A program made the position numbers and the translations under genes. Below the pieces are notes generated by a model. That model was not told the origin of the DNA and made no database searches. It saw nothing but the letters and a program-made list of their open reading frames with translations. Below are positions 19,240 to 27,412 of a stretch of DNA of 64,000 nt, in pieces; position 1 is the stretch's first letter, and each line of letters begins with the position of its first letter. The DNA comes from an uncultured Ruminococcus sp. (GTDB taxonomy: Bacteria > Bacillota > Clostridia > Oscillospirales > CAG-272): assembly GCA_964460165.1 (NCBI GenBank), contig CAYWPS010000002.1, positions 2,709 through 66,708 on the forward strand, in the 5' to 3' direction.

Positions 19240-21006
19240 ATGATAAGCAGAGAAATTATCGAAGAAATACTTTTGCGCACTGATATTCAGACGCTTATCG
19301 GCGGATACGTTTCGCTGAAGCGCGCAAGTGCTAACTTAAAGGGGCTTTGTCCTTTTCACAGCGAGAAAACACCGTCCTTTACGGTTTATCCCGCCAATAA
19401 CAGTTTTTACTGCTTTGGATGCGGAGCAGGCGGTGATCAGATAAGCTTTATCATGCGTATGGAGCATTTGGATTATCCTGACGCCGTAGAGTTTCTTGCC
19501 AAACGCGCCGGCATAACTATCGTAGACGATAATAGCTCGCAATACACGTCGCAACCGCGTTTTGACAAAAAGCGAATCTACCAGATGAATACCGATGCGG
19601 CAAAATTCTTTAATGCGTGTCTTTTTTCAGACAATCCTGACGCAAAGGCGGCGTTGTCTTATTTTACTGACAACAGAAAGCTGTCAATTGCTACCATAAA
19701 GCATTTCGGACTCGGTTATGCTCCCAATAGCTTCGACGTTTTCTCAAAATATATGCTTTCTAAAGGATATACCCACGACGAGCTTGTGGCAGGTTTTCTT
19801 TGCGGCAAAAGTGAGCGCGGTCATTATTATGACACATTTAGAAATCGCGTTATGTTTCCGATTATCGACGTATCTGGAAACGTGATAGCTTTTGGCGGCA
19901 GAGTCATGGATGATTCTAAGCCAAAGTACAAAAATTCTTCCGATACACCGGTGTTCAAAAAGCTCAGAAATCTTTTTGCTTTGAATTTTGCGCGGCACAC
20001 TTGTCAAGATGCGCTTATCCTTTGCGAAGGATACATGGACGTTATTGCGCTTCACTCTGTGGGAATCACAAATGCTGTTGCTACGCTTGGAACCGCGATT
20101 ACGTCGGAGCAGGCAAGAGTGATGAGCCGTTATACCAAGCGGGTTATTATTTCTTATGACTCTGACGAAGCCGGAGTTAAAGCCGCAACCAGAGCCATGA
20201 AGCTGCTCGAAGAGGTCGGTCTTGAGGTGAGCGTTCTCTCGGTTACGGGTGCCAAAGACCCTGACGAATATATCAAAAAATTCGGTGTAGATAAATTTAA
20301 GCAGGTTATAAGCGGAGCCAAGAGCAAGTTCGATTATAGCTTGGATGCCATCTTTTCTAAATACGACATCTCGCTTCCACAGGACAAGATCAATGCTCTC
20401 GCGGAGGTTGAAAAGCTTATTTCTGATGTTAATTCCATGGCAGAACGCGATGTATATATACATACCGTTGCTAAAAGATTTGACGTTCAAGCCTCCAGCA
20501 TACGCGCCGATGTGGATCGGATAGTTGCGAAGCGCGAACGAGCTTACAAACGCAATCAGACACAGAGAGTGCGTCAGGAAACAGCCGGTTTTTCGGATAG
20601 GATCAATCCTGATTTTTTGAAATCACCGGCAGTCGCGCGAAATGAGGAAACGGTACTCGGACTTATTCTTTTATTCCCGGATCACCGAAAAAGGATATTT
20701 AGCGAGAATCTTATTACAGAGGAAGATTTTTTGACAGATCTTAACAAACGCATTTTCGCGTATGTTGAGCGCGCCTATAACGAAGGTGATGATCAGCTGA
20801 TTACTATGAACAATGAGTTCACACCGGATGAGATCGGCAGGATTTCAAAAATGAAGATACGCCGCATGGAGCTATCCTCTAACGATGATGCGGTTCTTGA
20901 AGAATGTATTGACAATTTAAAAAAATCAGTAGATAAAAAATTCTCGGAAAAAACCGACACAATAGATAAGCTTAATGAAATCCTTTCAAAGAAAAGGGTA
21001 GATTAA
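19240..21006 (+). CDS. dnaG: DNA primase
   Basis: Zinc ribbon CPFHSEKTPSFTV...YCFGCGAGGD, TOPRIM region (EGYMDVI, SYDSDEAG), and the dnaG-rpoD operon order. Confidence 0.9.
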   Translation: MISREIIEEILLRTDIQTLIGGYVSLKRASANLKGLCPFHSEKTPSFTVYPANNSFYCFGCGAGGDQISFIMRMEHLDYPDAVEFLAKRAGITIVDDNSSQYTSQPRFDKKRIYQMNTDAAKFFNACLFSDNPDAKAALSYFTDNRKLSIATIKHFGLGYAPNSFDVFSKYMLSKGYTHDELVAGFLCGKSERGHYYDTFRNRVMFPIIDVSGNVIAFGGRVMDDSKPKYKNSSDTPVFKKLRNLFALNFARHTCQDALILCEGYMDVIALHSVGITNAVATLGTAITSEQARVMSRYTKRVIISYDSDEAGVKAATRAMKLLEEVGLEVSVLSVTGAKDPDEYIKKFGVDKFKQVISGAKSKFDYSLDAIFSKYDISLPQDKINALAEVEKLISDVNSMAERDVYIHTVAKRFDVQASSIRADVDRIVAKRERAYKRNQTQRVRQETAGFSDRINPDFLKSPAVARNEETVLGLILLFPDHRKRIFSENLITEEDFLTDLNKRIFAYVERAYNEGDDQLITMNNEFTPDEIGRISKMKIRRMELSSNDDAVLEECIDNLKKSVDKKFSEKTDTIDKLNEILSKKRVD

Positions 21007-21030
21007 GAGCAAACAAAGGAAGGTAAAAAA

Positions 21031-22098
21031 ATGAGCAGAGAAAAGATTGACGTAAATTCGTTTATTGAATCAAAAAACGACGGTTCGATTGCAAATTCGG
21101 ACATTATGAAGGCGCTTGAGGATATTGACTACGCCATTGCGCAGGTAGATATTGACTCCGTTAATCCCGATGATCTTGAGAGCGATGAGGTTCGAGATAT
21201 AGAGCAGGATGCCAAGGCATACGATTCTACCGAGAATATGGAAAAATTCTTCTCGCAGGAGGGGCTTGCAATAGACGACCCCGTGAGAATGTATCTCAAG
21301 GAAATCGGTAAGATTCCGCTTCTTACTCCGGAGAGAGAGCTGTACCTTGCTGAGCAGATAGCTCTCGATAATAAGGCTGCGAAGGACGAGCTTATTGAGG
21401 CAAACTTACGCTTGGTCGTAAGCATCGCCAAACGACACGTTGGAAAGGGAATGTATTTCCTCGACCTGATACAGGAGGGAAATCTCGGTCTTATCAAGGC
21501 TGTTGAGAAGTTTGATTACAGTAAGGGATATAAATTCTCAACTTATGCTACCTGGTGGATAAGACAGGCAATTACGAGAGCTATTGCAGATCAAGCAAGA
21601 ACAATTCGTATCCCTGTTCATATGGTAGAGACCATACATAAGGTTTCCAGAACTGCCAGAACCCTTCTTCAGGAGCTCGGACGCGAGCCTACCACTGATG
21701 AGATCGCTGAGAAGCTTGGTATCACTGCGGATAAGGTGCGTGATATTATGAAGATCGCGCAGGATCCCGTATCTCTTGAAACGCCTATCGGCGAGGAAGA
21801 GGACAGCCACCTTGGTGATTTTGTAGAAGATATGGATTCTCCCGCTCCTTCCGAAAGCGCGTCATATTCTTTGCTCCGCGAACAGCTTTGTAACATTCTT
21901 CATACACTTACTCCGAGAGAAGAACAGGTTATAAAACTTCGTTTTGGACTCGAGGATGGTAGACCGCGTACTCTTGAAGAAGTCGGAAAACAGTTCAACA
22001 TCACGCGAGAGCGTATAAGGCAGATCGAGGCTAAGGCGCTCAGAAAGCTTCGCCATCCCTCCCGTTCCAAGACACTGAAGGATTATTTGGCAAACTGA
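21031..22098 (+). CDS. rpoD: Primary sigma factor (SigA/RpoD)
   Basis: Regions 1.2-4.2 are intact: [77 protein letters not shown]. Confidence 0.95.
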   Translation: MSREKIDVNSFIESKNDGSIANSDIMKALEDIDYAIAQVDIDSVNPDDLESDEVRDIEQDAKAYDSTENMEKFFSQEGLAIDDPVRMYLKEIGKIPLLTPERELYLAEQIALDNKAAKDELIEANLRLVVSIAKRHVGKGMYFLDLIQEGNLGLIKAVEKFDYSKGYKFSTYATWWIRQAITRAIADQARTIRIPVHMVETIHKVSRTARTLLQELGREPTTDEIAEKLGITADKVRDIMKIAQDPVSLETPIGEEEDSHLGDFVEDMDSPAPSESASYSLLREQLCNILHTLTPREEQVIKLRFGLEDGRPRTLEEVGKQFNITRERIRQIEAKALRKLRHPSRSKTLKDYLAN

Positions 22099-22184
22099 TT
22101 TTATTCAAGGTGCACAAAGCAACTCTTTTATAATTGTCATAATGACGATAAATGCTTTTTGAGTTTTTAGAAAACTAAAAAGAC

Positions 22185-22213
22185 TTGACTTTGCGCTAAA
22201 AATATTGTAAAAT
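22185..22213 (+). promoter_or_regulatory. Sigma-A type promoter upstream of the lipoprotein gene
   Basis: TTGACT, 17-nt spacer, TAAAAT. Confidence 0.55.
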
Positions 22214-22248
22214 ATTAATGTTATTTAACAAACACGGAGGAAAAGAGT

Positions 22249-23727
22249 ATGAAGAAGCTACTTAGCTTGTTGCTTTGTATCGTTTTCGTTTGTATTGCTC
22301 TCGTTGGCTGTGCCGAGGATGTAATCGGAGAATATCTTCCGAACTACAATACCGGTAATGTAACCGACGATCAGATTGAGAAGCTTAATTTCTATATTAT
22401 AACCGGTGACAATACCTCTCCTGAGGCAAAGATAACCGTGCCCCAGAACATCAACTCCTACATCAAGGAAAAGTATCTGATAGAGCTTAACATCAAATAT
22501 TATACCGAGACCGAGTACGCAGATGCGCTCTACGCGGCACTTGATAATTCAACAGAAGCAGAACGTCCTGACATAATCCTTCTCAACAGTAAAGATATGT
22601 TTGACAATCTGTACTCTCAGGACACGCTTGTCGCCCTGAATAGTTATTATGAGTCCAGAGATTTCAGAAGCATCAATACCATAGTTGACGATGTTCTTCT
22701 TGAGGCTAGCGCGGTTATCGATACTGATACAAACGCATCTACCTACTATACCGTTCCCAACAACCACGTTATTGATGAATATAGATACATAGTCATCGAT
22801 AAGGGGATGGCAATGCATACTCTCCATTTCAACAAAGCTGAGATTTCCGCTATGACCACGGCGGCTTCACTCGAGGAGTTGAAGGCAGCTATCGCCAACT
22901 ACTACGTTGAATACGTAAATAATGCTGCCACCGACTCTGAGACGGCAGCCTATATTGATCAGTACGTGCAGATCGTAGCAGGTGATTATGATGCAAGAAC
23001 TGATCTTGCAAATGATGCTAACGGTGCGAATTTTGTAAACATTAATTCCTATCCTAATGCAACTAAGGATGAAGCGTTCCTCAGCGCGTTTGCGATAGTT
23101 AAGCATCTTGACGATGTCGGTACCAAAACCGAGACCGAACGAGCAATTCTTGATAATCACTATTCCAAGTGTATGCAGATCATCTATGCACTGAATACGG
23201 ATGCTCAGCTCAAGAATATGCTCCAATACGGCTACGTTGGCACTAATTACAAGTTCATTAAGAATGAGAAAAATGAGAATACCAACTACATCGAGCTTAT
23301 TAAGAATGCGGAAGTAATATATGAGATGAACAACGCTCATACCGGTAATATGTTTATTTCCTATTATTGCTCGGAAAACGGTTGGGACGAGACTGTTCAC
23401 AATAATTACTTGAGACAGAATGCGGATGCTAAGACTCCGGAACAAAAGCTTTCGGCAGAATCTGCTGATTTGGAATTGTTTGCTCAAGATGAGGCAAAAT
23501 TTGGCGATACTACCGCATTATCCTTGGTAGGCGCTACATACGGCGACGTAAGTATTACATGGAATTCGGATAGCGAGCATGTCAGCATAGTCGGCGATAC
23601 CCTTACGCTCATCCTTCCGGCGGAAGCTGTTGAGTCAGCCACCGTTACTGTGGTCGCAACGCTTACATGCGGCGATTCTGAGGTTACTAAGACATTTGAT
23701 ATTGCGGTTACCGCGCCTGAGGCTTAA
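22249..23727 (+). CDS. Lipoprotein resembling a family-1 extracellular solute-binding protein, with a C-terminal Ig-like module
   Basis: Lipobox LVGC at residues 18-21. SBP-like strings (ERPDIILLNSKDMFDNLYSQDTLVALNSYY; YYTVPNNH...YIVIDKG). The C-terminal ~75 aa have the SITWNSDSEHVSIVGDTLTL...ATVTVVATLTCGDSEVTKTFDIAV pattern of bacterial Ig-like modules. GGAGG SD. Confidence 0.5.
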   Translation: MKKLLSLLLCIVFVCIALVGCAEDVIGEYLPNYNTGNVTDDQIEKLNFYIITGDNTSPEAKITVPQNINSYIKEKYLIELNIKYYTETEYADALYAALDNSTEAERPDIILLNSKDMFDNLYSQDTLVALNSYYESRDFRSINTIVDDVLLEASAVIDTDTNASTYYTVPNNHVIDEYRYIVIDKGMAMHTLHFNKAEISAMTTAASLEELKAAIANYYVEYVNNAATDSETAAYIDQYVQIVAGDYDARTDLANDANGANFVNINSYPNATKDEAFLSAFAIVKHLDDVGTKTETERAILDNHYSKCMQIIYALNTDAQLKNMLQYGYVGTNYKFIKNEKNENTNYIELIKNAEVIYEMNNAHTGNMFISYYCSENGWDETVHNNYLRQNADAKTPEQKLSAESADLELFAQDEAKFGDTTALSLVGATYGDVSITWNSDSEHVSIVGDTLTLILPAEAVESATVTVVATLTCGDSEVTKTFDIAVTAPEA

Positions 23728-23768
23728 TTATTTTGGGCCGTCACATTCAGGTATAACCGATAAAAAAC

Positions 23769-23799
23769 GAGGGGATCGTGCAAAAACACGGTCCCCCTC
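23769..23799 (-). terminator. Terminator-like hairpin whose U-tract lies on the minus strand
   Basis: GAGGGGATCGTG / CACGGTCCCCCTC stem. AAAAAA at 23762-23767 on the + strand equals a T6 run downstream on the - strand. On the + strand only CTTACG follows the stem. Confidence 0.45.
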
Positions 23800-23953
23800 T
23801 TACGTTAAGCGAAAATTTGAGGAAATCAAGGTTGAAAACCTACGGTTTCCTCATTTTTCATTCTATCACCGTTTCCTCGCTCGACGTACCCTTGTACGTC
23901 CATTGCTCGTCAAGCGACGGTTTCGCTTCGGATCCGTTCGCCCCTCGGCGTAC

Positions 23954-24034
23954 TCTCATTAAGAATTCGCAAAATCTGTATTTTCACGGCATTTTCGCGG
24001 TTTTTCATTGATCTTACCCTAATTCTTAATGAGA
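23954..24034. repeat. 14-bp perfect inverted repeat TCTCATTAAGAATT / AATTCTTAATGAGA separated by 53 nt
   Basis: Read directly: 23954-23967 and 24021-24034. The loop itself contains a CGCAAAAT...ATTTTCGCG sub-stem. Confidence 0.9.
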
Positions 24035-24057
24035 CACCCCCTTTTGTTATTTTTTTA

Positions 24058-24086
24058 TTGACAAAATGTAAAATATATTGTATAAT
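24058..24086 (+). promoter_or_regulatory. Consensus sigma-A promoter of the Wzz-like/BY-kinase/phosphatase operon
   Basis: TTGACA, 17-nt spacer, TATAAT. The ORF-track TTG start at 24058 is actually this -35 box. Confidence 0.65.
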
Positions 24087-24117
24087 TAACGGGTATAATA
24101 CTTACAGCGAGGGAATT

Positions 24118-24849
24118 ATGAGAAAAAGAAATGAGGATTTTAGCTTAAAAGAGCTAGTTAATATTTTCTTGCCAAAGCTTTGGTTGATCGCAATAGTATC
24201 TTTTCTCTTCGGTGCTACCATGGCGATTTATTCAAGATACATAAAGGATGAAACTTTCACATCTACTACCAAAATACACGTTATAAAGGCTACAAGTCTC
24301 GATTTTGCAGTGAGCGACGTGGAATTTGCTTCATCGTATCTCGAAACCTACGTTGAGGTTTTGACCATTCCTGACTTTTTAAACGAGGTTATTGAGGATT
24401 TCAAAGTCAGACATCCCGATTATAAGGAAAAGGGGTGGGAAGGCGAATTGACAGTAGGAAATATAAAAGGGGCTATCTCCACGGCGACAATACAAGATAT
24501 TCTCTCTATATCAGTTACTACAAAGGATGCGAATCTTTCTTGCGGAATCGCAACCTCTATCGCTAACGTATTTGACAGAGGGGATACGCTTGCATATCCT
24601 GATGACGTCGTTTTTACCAAAATTATACAGGTCGCGACACCTCCAAACAGCGCGAATAGCAGACGCGTGCTTCTCAATACAGTAATAGGTGCTGCGGTAG
24701 GAGCAGTGGTTTCGATGATTGCCGTCTTCCTTGTAAATATGTTTGACATTGTTATTCATGATAAGAAAAAGATTGAGGACAACTTTGATATACCTGTTCT
24801 GGGTGTTATCCCCAGGTTTATGTCAGAAGAGGGGAGATCCAAAAGGTGA
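24118..24849 (+). CDS. Wzz/CpsC/TkmA-like chain-length determinant and BY-kinase transmembrane modulator
   Basis: N-terminal TM helix (LWLIAIVSFLFGATMAIY), extracytoplasmic loop, C-terminal TM helix (VIGAAVGAVVSMIAVFLV). Start at ATG 24118 behind GAGGGA. GTGA overlap with the kinase gene. Confidence 0.75.
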   Translation: MRKRNEDFSLKELVNIFLPKLWLIAIVSFLFGATMAIYSRYIKDETFTSTTKIHVIKATSLDFAVSDVEFASSYLETYVEVLTIPDFLNEVIEDFKVRHPDYKEKGWEGELTVGNIKGAISTATIQDILSISVTTKDANLSCGIATSIANVFDRGDTLAYPDDVVFTKIIQVATPPNSANSRRVLLNTVIGAAVGAVVSMIAVFLVNMFDIVIHDKKKIEDNFDIPVLGVIPRFMSEEGRSKR

Positions 24850-25922
24850 AACTTAGAAAGGACTATTGCCATAGCAGTGCGGAGATAGATAGTCAAAGAA
24901 TTATATGCGATACCACTCCCTTTGCTATAAGAGAGGCATACAGATCATTTTACACAAACATTTTGTACCTTCCCGTTGAGGATAAATGCAAAAAGATCGT
25001 TATTACAAGTGCATTTCCCGGTGAAGGTAAGACGTCCGTTTCGGTTAATTTGGCATACACTATCGCAATAAACTCTCCGGAATCTAAGGTTTTGATTATA
25101 GATTCGGATATGAGAAGTCCCCGCGTGATCGAATTGCTCGGCTTGAACGACAAGAAGCGTCATGGTCTCAGCGAGTACCTTGCGGGTATAGATGAGGAGC
25201 CGGTTGTGGTGAATTCTATTCATCCTAATCTTGATGTTTTGCTTTCGGGTGCTCAAAATGCCAATACTCCCGGTCTGATTGCGTCTTCAAGAATGAAATC
25301 TCTCATGCAGTACTGCAGCGAAAATTATAATTACGTAATTATTGATACACCGCCGGTAAGCATAGTTTCGGATGCAATCCTTCTTAACGATTATGTCAAC
25401 GGATACATACTTGTTTGCAGAGCGGATTATTCTGACGTAAACTCACTCGCTGATGCTATGGAAAACCTCAGACAAGCCGGCGCTACGATATACGGTACGG
25501 TCTTGTCCTCTTATAATGCAAAGTCGGGAAGAAAATACGGCAAGTACGGTAAATACGGCAAATACGGCAGATATGGCAGATACGGCAGATATGGCAGATA
25601 TGGAGGAAAATACGGCATTTATGCCTACGGATATGATACTTACGGTTCAGATCCGGATGCTATAGTTCCTACTGATACCGAAGCTTTCGGTGGCGAGCCG
25701 TCTGGCATCAAGCCTGCGGACGTTTCTGCCGCTGTTGCAGAGGCATCGGATAATGATACTACTAATGTTGATGTAACCGTTATCGACTCGGCGGGCACCG
25801 AGACCATTAACGTTGATTTAACTATTATAGGACCATCTGACACCGGTACTTGTGATCTTCAATCCTCTGAAATCGCGGCGCCCGTAGCCTTGACTGATGT
25901 CAACTCCCGGAACGAAGATTAA
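24846..25922 (+). CDS. CpsD/CapB/PtkA-family protein tyrosine kinase (BY-kinase) with an extended Tyr cluster and acidic C-terminal tail
   Basis: Walker A SAFPGEGKTS, Walker A' VLIIDSDMRSP, Walker B YVIIDTPPV. Tyr cluster KYGKYGKYGKYGRYGRYGRYGRYGGKYGIYAYGYDTYGS, then about 95 aa rich in D/E/T/S/V. Confidence 0.85.
   Translation: MKLRKDYCHSSAEIDSQRIICDTTPFAIREAYRSFYTNILYLPVEDKCKKIVITSAFPGEGKTSVSVNLAYTIAINSPESKVLIIDSDMRSPRVIELLGLNDKKRHGLSEYLAGIDEEPVVVNSIHPNLDVLLSGAQNANTPGLIASSRMKSLMQYCSENYNYVIIDTPPVSIVSDAILLNDYVNGYILVCRADYSDVNSLADAMENLRQAGATIYGTVLSSYNAKSGRKYGKYGKYGKYGRYGRYGRYGRYGGKYGIYAYGYDTYGSDPDAIVPTDTEAFGGEPSGIKPADVSAAVAEASDNDTTNVDVTVIDSAGTETINVDLTIIGPSDTGTCDLQSSEIAAPVALTDVNSRNED
25536..25607 (+). 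repeat. Eight imperfect tandem copies of a 9-bp unit (TAYGGNARR) encoding (YGK/YGR)n
   Basis: tacggcaag tacggtaaa tacggcaaa tacggcaga tatggcaga tacggcaga tatggcaga tatggagga, in frame within the BY-kinase gene. Confidence 0.9.
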
Positions 25923-25923
25923 T

Positions 25924-26592
25924 ATGGATGTGATTGATTTTCATGCGCATATAATTCCGAGAGCGGATCATGGGTCCTCATCGGTTGACGTTACAATGAT
26001 GCAGCTTGATATGGCTCGGAAACATGGGATAAACAGAATAGTTGCTACGCCACATTTTTATCCGCATAAGGAAAATGTTGATCACTTCATTGCTCGTCGT
26101 AATGCCTGCTACGCACAGCTCAGCTCAGAGAGACTTAAGGACTTTCCCGAGATACTGCTCGGCGCAGAAGTCCTTATATGCGACAATATTGAAGAAATGC
26201 CGATGCTGAAGCAGCTATGCGTAAGCGGGACTAAGGCATTATTGCTTGAGCTGCCATTTATTGATTTTTCGGATTCATACGTATATTCGGTAAAAGCTCT
26301 GATTGCCAGGGGATATACTGTAGTGATTGCACACGCGGACAGATATGCGCCGCGAGATATTGACAGGCTGATTTCAGTGGGCGCAAGGCTGCAATTGAAT
26401 GCTGAAGCGCTATGCGGATTGTTTATACCCGCGCACATTAAAAAATGGCTAAAAGAAAAACGCGTTTGTGCGATCGGAAGCGATATACACGGAGCTGATA
26501 AGAAGGCGTACGCGCGTTTTAACAAAGCGATGGCAAAACTTGGCGATAATGCGGAATTTATAAAACGGTCATCAGAGTCAATTTTGAGTTAG
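25924..26592 (+). CDS. CpsB/YwqE-like PHP-family protein tyrosine phosphatase
   Basis: MDVIDFHAHIIPRADHGS (HxH...D-x-G motif I), IVATPHFY, VIAHADRY, GSDIHG. Start at ATG 25924, 1 nt after the kinase stop. Confidence 0.75.
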   Translation: MDVIDFHAHIIPRADHGSSSVDVTMMQLDMARKHGINRIVATPHFYPHKENVDHFIARRNACYAQLSSERLKDFPEILLGAEVLICDNIEEMPMLKQLCVSGTKALLLELPFIDFSDSYVYSVKALIARGYTVVIAHADRYAPRDIDRLISVGARLQLNAEALCGLFIPAHIKKWLKEKRVCAIGSDIHGADKKAYARFNKAMAKLGDNAEFIKRSSESILS

Positions 26593-26594
26593 TT

Positions 26595-26671
26595 AAAAAA
26601 GCAAGCGAAGAATAGGGTGATATCCTTAGCGGAGAATTAAGAGCATCACGCTATTCAACGCTTGCTTTTTT
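26595..26671 (+). terminator. Long compound hairpin terminator after the phosphatase gene
   Basis: AAAAAAGCAAGCG...CGCTTGCTTTTTT outer stem with an imperfect inner stem. The T-run is at the 3' end. Confidence 0.55.
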
Positions 26672-26739
26672 CTATTTGTATAAATTTTACTTTGTGGTAA
26701 AAACTATTATCACGGCTATAAAAAAGGAGAATGATAGTT

Positions 26740-27294
26740 ATGAAAGCCACAGGAATAGTCAGACGTATTGATGACCTTGGTAGAATAGTTATACCAAAAG
26801 AAATAAGAAGAACTTTAAGAATAAAGGAAGGCGATCCACTTGAAATATTTACCGACAGACAAGGTGAGGTAATATTTAAAAAATATTCGCCTATAAGCGA
26901 ATTGCAAAATTTCGCAGCGGAATATGCCGACACCTTACAAAGAACTTCATTGATGCCCGTTTTTATATGCGATAGAGATGAAATTATCGCCGTAAGCGGA
27001 GCATCTAAAAAAGAATATCTTGATAGGAAAATATCAAAGGGCCTTGAGGAGATCGTGGAGCGCCGTTCGCTGTATATGAGAGAAAACGGGAATGAAGCGG
27101 TTGCTGTAACGAAGGACGGCGGATCGCATTTTGTAAATTGTGCTATGCCGATATTAAGCGAGGGAGATGTTATTGGCTGTGTCTTCACGGGAGAGCAGTA
27201 CGACGCACCTCGATCTAAAACTCTATCCGATGAAACGGAGCTCAAGCTGATACAGACAGCAGGAATATTTCTGGGTAAACAAATGGAGAGCTAA
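26740..27294 (+). CDS. spoVT: Stage V sporulation protein T (AbrB-family regulator)
   Basis: MKATGIVRRIDDLGRIVIPKEIRRTLRIKEGDPLEIF is the SpoVT/AbrB swapped-hairpin N-domain, followed by a GAF-like C-domain. GGAG SD. Confidence 0.8.
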   Translation: MKATGIVRRIDDLGRIVIPKEIRRTLRIKEGDPLEIFTDRQGEVIFKKYSPISELQNFAAEYADTLQRTSLMPVFICDRDEIIAVSGASKKEYLDRKISKGLEEIVERRSLYMRENGNEAVAVTKDGGSHFVNCAMPILSEGDVIGCVFTGEQYDAPRSKTLSDETELKLIQTAGIFLGKQMES

Positions 27295-27332
27295 AGCGTA
27301 AGGTTGCCGTGTGTGACTTTGGTCAAATAAGT

Positions 27333-27369
27333 AAAAAGGACAGGGAACACGAGATCCTCTGTCCTTTTT
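27333..27369. terminator. Bidirectional intrinsic terminator between spoVT (+) and the DUF3048 gene (-)
   Basis: AAAAAGGACAG...CTGTCCTTTTT, with an A-run and a T-run flanking a GC-containing stem. Confidence 0.7.
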
Positions 27370-27412
27370 CTTTACAAATAGCTGATGAAAGCATAAGAAG
27401 CGTATACGCAAG

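Noticed and set aside
19744-20490. 248-aa minus-strand ORF inside dnaG
   Set aside because: It is antisense to the primase TOPRIM region and has no motif or RBS support.
22867-23487. 206-aa minus-strand ORF inside the lipoprotein gene
   Set aside because: It is antisense to a gene with a good promoter, SD and lipobox, and has no features of its own.
23630-24011. Two overlapping + strand ORFs (110 and 77 aa) in the lipoprotein/Wzz spacer
   Set aside because: They are Arg/Ser/Pro/Leu-rich with no SD. One starts inside the lipoprotein gene. The region is better explained as structured non-coding DNA (see findings).
25536-25607. Short tandem repeat array considered as a possible CRISPR-like or VNTR element
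   Set aside because: The units are 9 bp, contiguous without spacers and in frame within the BY-kinase gene. This is a coding tandem repeat, not a CRISPR array.
26655-27245. 196-aa minus-strand ORF overlapping spoVT
   Set aside because: It is antisense to the clear SpoVT/AbrB-type gene. It would start inside spoVT and end in the upstream terminator, and its composition is Ser/Ile-rich junk.
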